Assembly (NCBI GenBank): GCA_051294375.1
Contig: CM119266.1
Location: 5,543,149 to 5,607,148, forward strand
Direction: 5' to 3'
DNA: 64,000 bases
DNA from: Paraspadella gotoi
Taxonomy: Eukaryota; Animalia; Chaetognatha
In this document: piece by piece, positions 53,611 to 64,000 of the stretch
How positions within the stretch are numbered: the first letter of the stretch is position 1
Layout: every line of letters starts with the position of its first letter
Position numbers and translations under genes: made by a program
The notes under the pieces: model-generated
The model's input: only the letters and a program-made list of their open reading frames with translations
Database searches by the model: none
Told to the model about the DNA's origin: nothing

Positions 53611-54159
53611 ATATCTCCTCGCCCGCATTATCATCGGTCGCTCGGCCCCCGCAGCCGATCGCACCTCAGAGACAATCGTGACCGCGTCGCGAACCGTTTC
53701 CTCGCTACGGACGCTTTAAATCTCTCCTTGACCGCTTCTTTCCGGTGAATGGATATGGAGGGCGGAGGAGGGGAGGAGGAGGAGGAGGAGGAGGCCAGTG
53801 CAGGCAGGAGGAGGCAAGAAGAGCTGGTACTCCTAGGAGGAGAATGAAAGGGAAAATATGAGCTGGCGGGATAAGGAGACCATCAGTAATAGAATAAGGC
53901 AGTACAGGAGTGATGAAATGTGGAAAAGCCAGAAAAAAACATTTGAAGCACAAAAATCTAATTTTGTGACGCGTATAATTAAAGTATTAAAAAAAGGTTA
54001 TTCGCAGTGAAAACAACAAGCTGCATTTCTGTTAATTACGCATCATTTAGACTAGACTTTAGGCGCACAGTTCTGAGGCGGCTTTAAAGCCATAACCCCA
54101 CAATAAGTAATTTCCCATAGTCTTCGTTGTAAGGAGCTCATCCTTATTTAGAATGTACT

Positions 54160-54380
54160 TTGGATAAGGCTCAAAGTGGCCTGAAGACAACCATTCGAAT
54201 CAACTGCACCCCAGCGGCCGCAATGGAACGAGTCTTGGGCTTAGATCCAGGTTCCACGACTCAAGGACCTCCACAGTGGAGTCCACACCCTAACCGCAGT
54301 TTAAGCACCATTGGGGATTGATCCCGGGACCTAATTGTTACGAAGTGATGGCTTTACTCTAAAAGGCACGTAGTCACGAC
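54160..54380 (-). mobile_element. Diverged tRNA-derived SINE of the same family
   Basis: Shares the body (atggaacgagtcttgggcttagatccaggtt vs atggaacgggtcctcgggctttggacctggtt), the ataaggc tail and a degenerate B box with 11512-11752. It lies outside the duplicated blocks. Confidence 0.6.
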
Positions 54381-55177
54381 TGACGGGAGAAAAATAGCGA
54401 AATGTCTAACTACAATAAAACTACTTTTATTCTCTTTGGCCAGAGTTAAGTTTTTCAATGAATATTTATATAATATATGGTTATTAGCTTTGTATTAATT
54501 TTCCTTTTTTGTAGATAAGCGAGGGTTATGGTAAAAGTNNNNNNNNNNNNNNNNNNNNNNNNNNNNNNNNNNNNNNNNNNNNNNNNNNNNNNNNNNNNNN
54601 NNNNNNNNNNNNNNNNNNNNNNNNNNNNNNNNNNNNNNNNNNNNNNNNNNNNNNNNNNNNNNNNNNNNNNNNNNNNNNNNNNNNNNNNNNNNNNNNNNNN
54701 NNNNNNNNNNNNNNNNNNNNNNNNNNNNNNNNNNNNNNNNNNNNNNNNNNNNNNNNNNNNNNNNNNNNNNNNNNNNNNNNNNNNNNNNNNNNNNNNNNNN
54801 NNNNNNNNNNNNNNNNNNNNNNNNNNNNNNNNNNNNNNNNNNNNNNNNNNNNNNNNNNNNNNNNNNNNNNNNNNNNNNNNNNNNNNNNNNNNNNNNNNNN
54901 NNNNNNNNNNNNNNNNNNNNNNNNNNNNNNNNNNNNNNNNNNNNNNNNNNNNNNNNNNNNNNNNNNNNNNNNNNNNNNNNNNNNNNNNNNNNNNNNNNNN
55001 NNNNNNNNNNNNNNNNNNNNNNNNNNNNNNNNNNNNNNNNNNNNNNNNNNNNNNNNNNNNNNNNNNNNNNNNNNNNNNNNNNNNNNNNNNNNNNNNNNNN
55101 NNNNNNNNNNNNNNNNNNNNNNNNNNNNNNNNNNNNNNNNNNNNNNNNNNNNNNNNNNNNNNNNNNNNNNNNNNNNN

Positions 55178-55214
<37 letters not shown>

Positions 55215-55750
55215 TCCGCTTCATCGATGCCAAGTGACTGTCAACGAATTGAGATTTACAGCTTTGAATTATTGGCCATTGATGGGATTAAAGGGAAGAG
55301 AGAGACGGAGGAAAGGAAAGGGGAGAGAGACACGGAGGAAAGGAAAGGGGAGAGAGAAAGATAAAAAAGAAAAGAAAAAAAGAGAAGAGAAAGAGAACAG
55401 AGGAGAGAGATGAGAGAGAGAAAAGAGAGAAAAAAGGGACAAAAGAGAGTTAAGAGAAGAAAGAGAAGAGAGACGAGAGAGAGAAGAGAGAGAAGAAAGG
55501 GAGAAAAGAGACGAAAGATAAAGGAATGAAGAGAGAGAAGAGAAACAGAAATGAAAGCTGAAAAATAAGAAAGATAAAAGTTTAAAAAAAGGATTGATTG
55601 GCAGAAATGAAGAACCTCAACATCGACATATTCATTGTATCGATATCATTATTGTCGATTGAATCAAAATGACTACATCGCTGAATCTCCTGAATCCTGA
55701 TAGTCATGAACGCTTTGAATTTAGTGAATAAAATGAATACAATGAATTAC

Positions 55751-55836
55751 CCCCTGAAGATTCAACCCCTGCAATACCGCGGTTACCCCGCAAATGACCC
55801 CGACCCATTTTCGTCCCCTTTCGTTCCCCAACCACC
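55751..55836 (-). CDS. Candidate internal exon, unknown gene
   Basis: ttttacag|...|gtaatt, 86 bp, GC-rich; reads GWLGNERGRKWVGVICGVTAVLQGLNLQG. Confidence 0.4.
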
Positions 55837-56181
55837 CTGTAAAATCTATTGACCCTGCCCTGCCCTCCATGCTCTCCATGCTCTCCATGCCTCCCCTGCC
55901 CCTTTTCCTCCTTCGCTGTTCACACCTCATAAATTTCTGTAAATTCGTCAAAACAAAAGAGAATGAAAGGATTGTCTCTTCCTCTTCTTAATCCTCATCC
56001 TCTTCCTCCTCCTCTTTCTCTTCCTCCTCCTCTTCCTCCTCTTATTAGATTGCTCCTCCTCTTCCTCTTCCTTCTCCTCTTCCTTTTCCTCTTCTTCCTC
56101 CTCTTCCTACTCCTCATCCTCTCTTCAACCTTCTTAATTTCCGCCCTAACACCTTTTCACCTCTCTTTTCCCTTGGCTTAC

Positions 56182-56214
<33 letters not shown>

Positions 56215-56607
56215 TCTCTCACTCTCTCTCGCTATTTTACCATCTCAACTACCGACTAAAATTCTAAACATAAAAAAAAGAAATTAAAAAAATAAAATTC
56301 TCCATATTTAAAAATTTGTCAACTTTTAAAAACTCAGGAAGAGAAAAAAAAGTGAGTCTGTGAATTTGTGATGAGGTTAAAGATTCCGCGGGAAAAAGAA
56401 GATCGAAAAAATGTCTGCGTGAAATTGAACCCGAAATTGACCAGATGCATACTGCATGAACCTCATAGCTGATATGTGAATATTTGAGTGCAGCGAGAAA
56501 AACAAGCGAGTGAGATAGAGAGAGAGAGCGAGGGGAAGAGAGAAAGATTGGGGGAGAGAAAGGGAGAGAGAGAGAGATAAAAAGAGAGATCGCTATCGCC
56601 TTACTCT

Positions 56608-56643
<36 letters not shown>

Positions 56644-58050
56644 NNNNNNNNNNNNNNNNNNNNNNNNNNNNNNNNNNNNNNNNNNNNNNNNNNNNNNNNN
56701 NNNNNNNNNNNNNNNNNNNNNNNNNNNNNNNNNNNNNNNNNNNNNNNNNNNNNNNNNNNNNNNNNNNNNNNNNNNNNNNNNNNNNNNNNNNNNNNNNNNN
56801 NNNNNNNNNNNNNNNNNNNNNNNNNNNNNNNNNNNNNNNNNNNNNNNNNNNNNNNNNNNNNNNNNNNNNNNNNNNNNNNNNNNNNNNNNNNNNNNNNNNN
56901 NNNNNNNNNNNNNNNNNNNNNNNNNNNNNNNNNNNNNNNNNNNNNNNNAAACGGGTTCTCAAAAGATGCCATTAAATATTTATAGACAAATATCGACGAC
57001 GACGGAGAAGAAAGAGTTACGCGTCAATGAAGTCATGGGTAGANNNNNNNNNNNNNNNNNNNNNNNNNNNNNNNNNNNNNNNNNNNNNNNNNNNNNNNNN
57101 NNNNNNNNNNNNNNNNNNNNNNNNNNNNNNNNNNNNNNNNNNNNNNNNNNNNNNNNNNNNNNNNNNNNNNNNNNNNNNNNNNNNNNNNNNNNNNNNNNNN
57201 NNNNNNNNNNNNNNNNNNNNNNNNNNNNNNNNNNNNNNNNNNNNNNNNNNNNNNNNNNNNNNNNNNNNNNNNNNNNNNNNNNNNNNNNNNNNNNNNNNNN
57301 AGGGAGGAAAGATAAAAAAATGAAAAAAGATTCTCGGAATTCGCTCGGGTCTGGCTTGTTGACTCTGTGTCAAACATAGGAGACATTAAATTCTTGATTG
57401 ATTGNNNNNNNNNNNNNNNNNNNNNNNNNNNNNNNNNNNNNNNNNNNNNNNNNNNNNNNNNNNNNNNNNNNNNNNNNNNNNNNNNNNATGATTTTGTTTG
57501 TGTTGCAACTCGGAAGTCGGGAGAGAGAGAAGAGCAAACATCCATTTGATGACGATGGAGAGAGAGGGAGAGGGAGAGAGAGTAGGAGGGTGAGAGAGAG
57601 GGTAATAGGAAGTGATAGAGAGAGTAGGAGGGAGAGAGAGAGGCTAATAGAGAGAGGGAGAGTGTGAGAGTGGGAGAGATGAATAGCGAGACTGAGAGAG
57701 GGAGATGGAGAGAGAGAGATGGAACAAGGGAGAGGAAGAGAGTGGAGAGAAAAAGTAAAAATGAAGAAGAAAAAAGTTAAAAAATTAAAGATTAAAGATT
57801 TTGAATGTTTTAATTATCAAAATTACGTACTAGTCAAACTTATCAGTGAGAAATATTGACATTTTCTGGCAAAATGAAGTAAACAATCAGTAAAAATAAA
57901 AATAAGACTTTTTGGAACAATCACGAAAGACAAAACTCAACCAACAATTAAAAACTAAGTAAACAACAACAACAACAACTCGAGAGACAATAAACCAACT
58001 CGATGCCAGAAACGAAAGAGAAAAAATTGAGAGAAGAAAAGTATTTAAAG

Positions 58051-58051
<1 letters not shown>

Positions 58052-58137
<86 letters not shown>
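58052..58137. repeat. Perfect (GTC)n microsatellite
   Basis: Direct observation. Confidence 0.95.
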
Positions 58138-58683
58138 TTTTCCGGAAATCTTTGACCACCACCCAAGTTTAAAGGGAAAAATCGCTTGAAATTTCTAACT
58201 TTTTTCCTTTTTTTTTCTTTCTTTTTTTTTCATCGTCTTTCTGTCTTTCTTTGTTTATTTTTTTTTTGGTTTTAATATTTTTCTTATTTCCTCTTTCTTT
58301 TTTAATATTTTTTTTCTTTTTCTTTCTCTTAATCTTCCTGTCATTCTATTATTCTTTCTTTCTAACATTCTATCTTTCTTTCTCGTCCTCTTCTTTTGTG
58401 CTTTATTTCTTTTTGGTCAAATCACTGAAAACAATTTTCATTCCCCGAGTTTCGAACCCGGGACCTAACCAATATTTTTTTCCCGCCGTTTTTAAGGTCA
58501 GGACTCGATAGACGCGAGTCTTCGGTTTTACACTCGAAAGTGCGACGAAACTGTGATTAATGAGTGATTAGCGAGTGATTAGCGAGCGATTTAAAAAGAA
58601 CCAAGTGTTTTTAAGTGTGAAGATTTTATTCTCCCCTTATTCCTTTCGCGACTCGAAAAGAACATTAACTCCTTATCACTTTT

Positions 58684-58737
<54 letters not shown>

Positions 58738-58929
58738 AACAAAATCAAAAGGTTAAACCAAATTTTTGAGGCAAAAAAAAGAGAGAAAAGTGACGAAGGA
58801 AGAGAGAAAAAAAACGGATGAAGGGAAAAAGGGAAAAGTTAAATATGCGTAATGAAAATACTAAATATTGTAATAATAATACTAAAAATACTAAGAAAAA
58901 ATTGCCAATTACTCATTTTACTATTAAAT

Positions 58930-59140
58930 AGGTACAACCAATATAGAACTAATCCTTGCATTTAATATATGAGCTCTCTTACTCCTGACTGTGGACAGGC
59001 TTTGGTGGTTTACAAGATAATGACATAGCCTTTCCCTACAAGCTTTTATTCAAGACTATCTCACAATCTAATTTATTCACTCCCAGACCACCTGGCTTCC
59101 CTATCAATGAAGTGGTATAAAGTTTAAACGAATGTTTAAA
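58930..59140 (+). repeat. Unclassified interspersed repeat of about 200 bp
   Basis: ggtacaaccaatata...ctgactgtggacaggcttt...tacaagat...caagcttt is homologous to 12685-12900, 25040-25250 and 29805-30040. A truncated start also occurs at about 61998-62050. Confidence 0.55.
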
Positions 59141-60689
59141 TTGTATTAAGAATAACCAGACAAACTCCAAAGCCCGACTTTTTTCCTAGTTCCATGATCC
59201 CCGATCCTGAAATCGGCCGTTCGCAGGACAAAAAATTTAAAACAAGACTTCTGGCCGCAATCAACCCCAATATCTTTAAGGATGAAGAAAATGTCTGGCC
59301 GTTTATAGGAACAGGACAACAGACTGTGTGCTGGCCCGCGGTTAACGGATCGCAGAACAGATCAAAAAAATTTTCAAATGTACTGGCCCCCACTGGAGTA
59401 CGGACACCAGCAGAACGCAGAACAAAAAACGGAAAAAATCTAAGGAAAGATAAACTATAGAATCCGTTTTTCCGTTAATCGAACGTCGTCAGATGAAATT
59501 TCCCGAGAAGGAGAAACAGGACCCCACTGACACGAACGACGAAAGAAAACAAATTAAGAAAATAATAATTATACCTAAAAGTATTTACAAGTGTGCGGAA
59601 AAATGCAGATTAAAATCAAAGCCTAGGTAATTTATATAATCAAGGTACATTTTTTGCGGACTTTCATCTTATCATAAGCAACATTATATAATTATTGTTT
59701 AAGGATGCGCCTGACTGAAGGAGAAAAATAACTCAGACTGATACAATTAATAGCGTAATATTTACTTAACTTATTGCTGCCCACATGAAGTAAAGGGTAG
59801 AAAGTACACGTGACTCAACCATCCCATATTAAACAGGACTTAGTGGGGTTAATTTAATTAATTTGCTGTTTTTCTATTTTCTATTTCTATTAATTAATTT
59901 AATTTAATTTTACATTGGAAAAGAGCGATCAAATAAAACCCACCCCCTTTATATCGTGTATTTTTTTTTTGTCTTGATTAATTTTAAAATTATCAACTTG
60001 AGACTTTATATATTATCACATTTATTTCTCTTATTTCCTGTGAAACAATGATATAGAATTAAAAATATCTAATACTTCTTTTTTTTTTTCTATTTCTTAG
60101 TTATTTTGTGAAGAGCTACGTTGTGCAAAGTGAAAATCTAGTATGTGCAGACAAGAAGAGAACATGAATGTTCCTTTGTCTTACAAAAGACCTCCTGCTT
60201 TGTTAAAGCGCCCTCTCAGTTAGATCCCTGTTTATGGAAAATTAGATCAGGTGAAAATACAAAGAAATATTTAATTAGGGTACCATCATGTTTCTTTGTT
60301 TCATGAAAAATGCTCTTTTTGTCTTTTGTTTTGGAGCCAATCTGTTTTTATTAAGAGCACAATACCTGGGGCAAACATAATTTTTTGCTATTTGTGTTAT
60401 GTATAACGGATTGTGCGCAAGTTTAATGTGAAACGCAATCTCAGTCAAAGGAAATAATACAAGACAATATTAAGGAGTGTCCATACGCCTAATTTCTTTG
60501 AGATAGAAAATAATATAAAAAGGTGAAAAAAAAATTGGCTTTTTTCTAGTGAGAAATATAAGAAAAAAAGACTTAGTATACAAAAAATACCAATACCGTT
60601 TTGATACTAGGTAGGTTTTTAGGACAAGGAACGTTTGAAGGAAGAACGGAAAAAAAAAAAAATAAAAACAAATTTTGAAAATAAAAACA

Positions 60690-61030
60690 AGAAAGGGGCG
60701 GAGGCGGCCCGCACCCAAGACGATTGTACAATTTTTCGGACGATATATGTCAGCAGGGTAGGTGAGGTAAATCCGGGCACCTAAAGCCCGAGTTATATCA
60801 AGATACAGATGTCTTTTTCTTAAAAAAGACGAGTGAAAATGCGGAGAAGCAAGCTCGCGGAGGGGAGCCTGGACAGTATAGGAATAACAAAATCGGGCAG
60901 TATTGCTCATAAACACGATGTCCAGACACGAACGGAATAGACGATATTAATGCCGACAAGATTGCCGAGGATGATGTCGACATAGCGTGTTCGTTTTTCA
61001 CGACTGAACACCACGAGGAGTCATGAGAAA
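60690..61030 (-). mobile_element. Possible degenerate 3' fragment of a CR1/Jockey-type LINE
   Basis: Frameshifted minus-strand peptide ...SYTVQAP...FHSSF/FF.KTSVS*YNS... loosely resembles the post-RT 'YTV...SSFF.RT..LWNSLP' region. The similarity is weak. Confidence 0.25.
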
Positions 61031-61671
61031 GTTTTATTTAGATAAAACTGAGAGTACTGTTTGTCTTTAAAAAAACTAAAGCTTGACAAACTCTCAGTAT
61101 TACAATAATATTCTAAGTTACTCTTTTAAAAACTAAATGCTTAATTCATTATCGCGTCAAAGAGTTAAATTCGAAAAACCTCGTGTAGGTATATTGGACG
61201 GAAAAGCAAATCATTAAATATTATTTTATTTATTTTATTTATTGAATATAAATTCTGATTTTAATTTCCAGATTCAGATTGTACATTCTTAACATTTTTA
61301 ATCATTCAACTGGCTATATATTACAAAAACAATCTTAAGCAGCATATTGACTAATAATATTTTCATTCAGTTACGGTATTTAGCTAACCGTCCATACTCG
61401 TAGCGGAGAGGACGAAAAATCTTATGTACATCGCGTGTGTGCAAGATATGCTATTCCATATCCTGTTCTTGCCATCTCTGCTCTTCTTCTCTCTTCATCC
61501 TCATACGTCACTCTTCTAACTCACACTCATCTATCATCCTTCTACTTCTCTATGCTCCATATTCCTCTCCCTTTCGGAGGCAAGTCTTTTTTATGTTGAG
61601 CTTTAATCTTTGTGTTCCCTATCTTGTCTCTCAGTCACCTTGTCTTCTCTCGTCTCTCTTAGACATTTTAG

Positions 61672-61767
61672 AATAAAAAGAAGCTTTTGGAGTTGATTTA
61701 CAAGTTCTCGGAGTGCGAACCAGCGCGGACTGACGTTCTTTTGTGGCTTTTTCAATGCGGCGCTAAC
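61672..61767 (+). CDS. Candidate exon resembling half an ankyrin repeat
   Basis: attttag|NKKKLLELIYKFSECEPARTDVLLWLFQCGAN|gtaaca; the 'VLLWLFQCGAN(V)' segment resembles the ankyrin outer-helix consensus. Confidence 0.3.
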
Positions 61768-62647
61768 GTAACAAGCCAATTTTAAAATTTGCGAAGTACC
61801 GAGTGAGGAGGTGGATGTCATAGAGTGAGCGATCGGTGAGTGGCAAGTCGACAGACGGGATGAAAGAAAGGAGAGGATTATTGGGGGGAAAAGAGAATAG
61901 AGTTGAATTAGAAAATGGAGCTTCATTAGACACCAACAAAAGTAGGAAGGAGAGATTACCCTCCGTCACGTGTGAAGGAAAAAATAAGCTCATGGAAATG
62001 GTACAACCAATTATAAATTCTCCATCATTAATACAATATCTATCTCTCGCCATCGTCCTCTCTCGTCTCTCTCTCTCTCTGCTCTCTCCCTCCTTCTCTC
62101 TCTTCTCTCTCTCCTCATCCTTCTCCTCTCGCCTCTCTCTCTCTCCTCCAATGATTTGTATTTTTGTCCCCCTTTCTGTTGATTCTTCCCTCCAATTATC
62201 AACGAACTTACGAAAACCTCCGTCGTCGTCTCGTCCGTCGTCGTTTCGTCGGTCACCCGTCCGTCCGTCCGTCGTCGCTTCGGAAATCGAACACGTACGC
62301 CAAGGTTTTTTTATTCACAGGGGGGGAAGGGCCCCAGTAGGCGGCGGGGGGCGGGGAAGGGACGGGGACAGGAGGAGACAGGCGATCCACGGTATGGCGG
62401 TGAGTGAGGATGGTGTGGAAACGAAGGTTAGGAAGATCGGTGACGGGGGGATCGTGAGAGATCGGATGATCGGGAGATTGGGGGGATATCCGGGGATTCA
62501 NNNNNNNNNNNNNNNNNNNNNNNNNAGAGAGAGGTATTTTTACAAGCAAACTCGATCATAGTGATTGTTTGATGCTTGTGAAAAGATCGAACGCGATGTC
62601 AGATTTTATTCCTCGAGATGGAAGCCAACCGTTTGCATCTGCTAGAT

Positions 62648-62850
62648 ATCTGTCGGCATCTGTCGGCATCTGTCGGCATTAATCGTTATCTGTCGTTATT
62701 TATTAGCATATCTATTTATATCTGTCGGCGCTTGTCGACATCTCTCGGCATCTGTCGGCATTAATCGTAATCTGTCGACATCTGTTAGCATATCTATTTA
62801 TATCTGTCAGGGCTTGTCGCTCAGCATCTATCAGCACCTGCTGACATATA
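62648..62850. repeat. 10-bp (atctgtcggc) tandem array with a higher-order duplication
   Basis: Decamer units, with the block ggcattaatcgt...ttagcatatctatttatatctgtc present twice. Confidence 0.85.
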
Positions 62851-63068
62851 TTCGCGTCCCGAAATTTCGCCTCGTATCAATTTTTTTTAAAAAAGTTTTT
62901 TTTTCTCAAATTTTATTTTATTCCAAAAGGAGAATCTATTTGTTATTTTTGACGTTGAAACTAAGCGGATTCATATTGAAATTGAATTCAAACAGGAAAA
63001 ATCGTGTTTTTATCTTGTTTCACAGGAAAGAAAAGTGACAAAGCCGATTTCAAGGGGGTGGGTTTTGA

Positions 63069-63146
<78 letters not shown>

Positions 63147-63207
63147 GAAAAATGAGAAAACAATAAATTTAGTTTTTAATTCAATATTATCTAGAAGAGA
63201 GAGAGAT

Positions 63208-63250
<43 letters not shown>

Positions 63251-64000
63251 TTAAAGAAGAAAGAAAAAAAGGAAAACAAACATAATTTTTATTTTTTATT
63301 AATTTTTATATTATTATCTGTAAACTGACTCATGACAATTGCTCATGGTAAACGCTCATGGCAACTAGAAATAGCAAACGATCATGGCAACTGAAAATGG
63401 CAATAGCTCATGGCAACGGCCATTTGACGACCAACGAGTCAACACCGCAAATTTCTCTTCCATGTGATTGCGATTCGTTGCTGACTTCTTTGGTTGCATG
63501 ACTCTATGTTGACTCAAGATCACCCAAAATTTTCTATCCTTGCTATAATTATTTTCTATCATATTTCCTTAAGATTACCTAATTAACAAACTGTTACGTA
63601 TATGATAGGGTTATTTTGCGCAAATATGTATTTTAAATATTCAAAAAATAGCAGCCGAAATTCTAAGATACTCCAATTGTCGTTTTAAAAGAACTTCTTT
63701 TCCAATTTCTACTTCATTGTTACAATCAAACCGTCCATCCTTATGACTTTCACTCCTTTAAACCTTTCTTTTTCTAGAGGTTCGCTCCTTTCTTAACTTC
63801 TTTACTCACTAAAGATCATTGCTCATTAAGACCTTATTTTTTTTACCTTCACTCCTTTAAACCTTTCACTCCTTTGCACTTTCACTCATACCCTATCTCA
63901 CTCTCACGATTCAACTATATACTTGTTGGCTTCAAATTATAAAAGATACATAAATCATATATACAAACTAATTAACAATCTTATCTTCCTCCCAAAGTTT

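Noticed and set aside
59136-59460. Overlapping 85-aa and 88-aa ORFs on opposite strands
   Set aside because: No recognisable domain or convincing splice pair; cannot be supported without data.

Overview
AT-rich, microsatellite-dense eukaryotic DNA, probably arthropod (inferred from the one recognisable gene), from a draft assembly gap-filled with noisy long reads. By eye about half of the 64 kb is redundant: multi-kb direct and inverted copies of a few blocks, mostly joined at (GA/CT)n tracts or at gaps of exactly 25 N, and differing mainly by 1-bp indels. Nearly all long ORFs in the track are microsatellite or N-gap artefacts. The one well-supported gene, assembled by hand from GT-AG exons, encodes a secreted Der p 7 / group 7 allergen-like (TULIP-fold) protein. 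It is present as a clean 5-exon copy (22367-23913), a noisy but apparently complete copy (6106-12227) and a third 3' fragment, and may carry a repetitive C-terminal extension. Comparing the copies reveals three insertions with empty sites: a 410-bp solo LTR, a 3.35-kb long-TIR element with an 8-bp TSD (containing a Penelope-like foldback with a damaged minimal hammerhead), and a 260-bp solo-LTR-like element. tRNA-derived SINEs and Helentron/DINE-1-like elements are also present. I found no convincing previously undescribed biological system; the large palindromes are most likely assembly artefacts.
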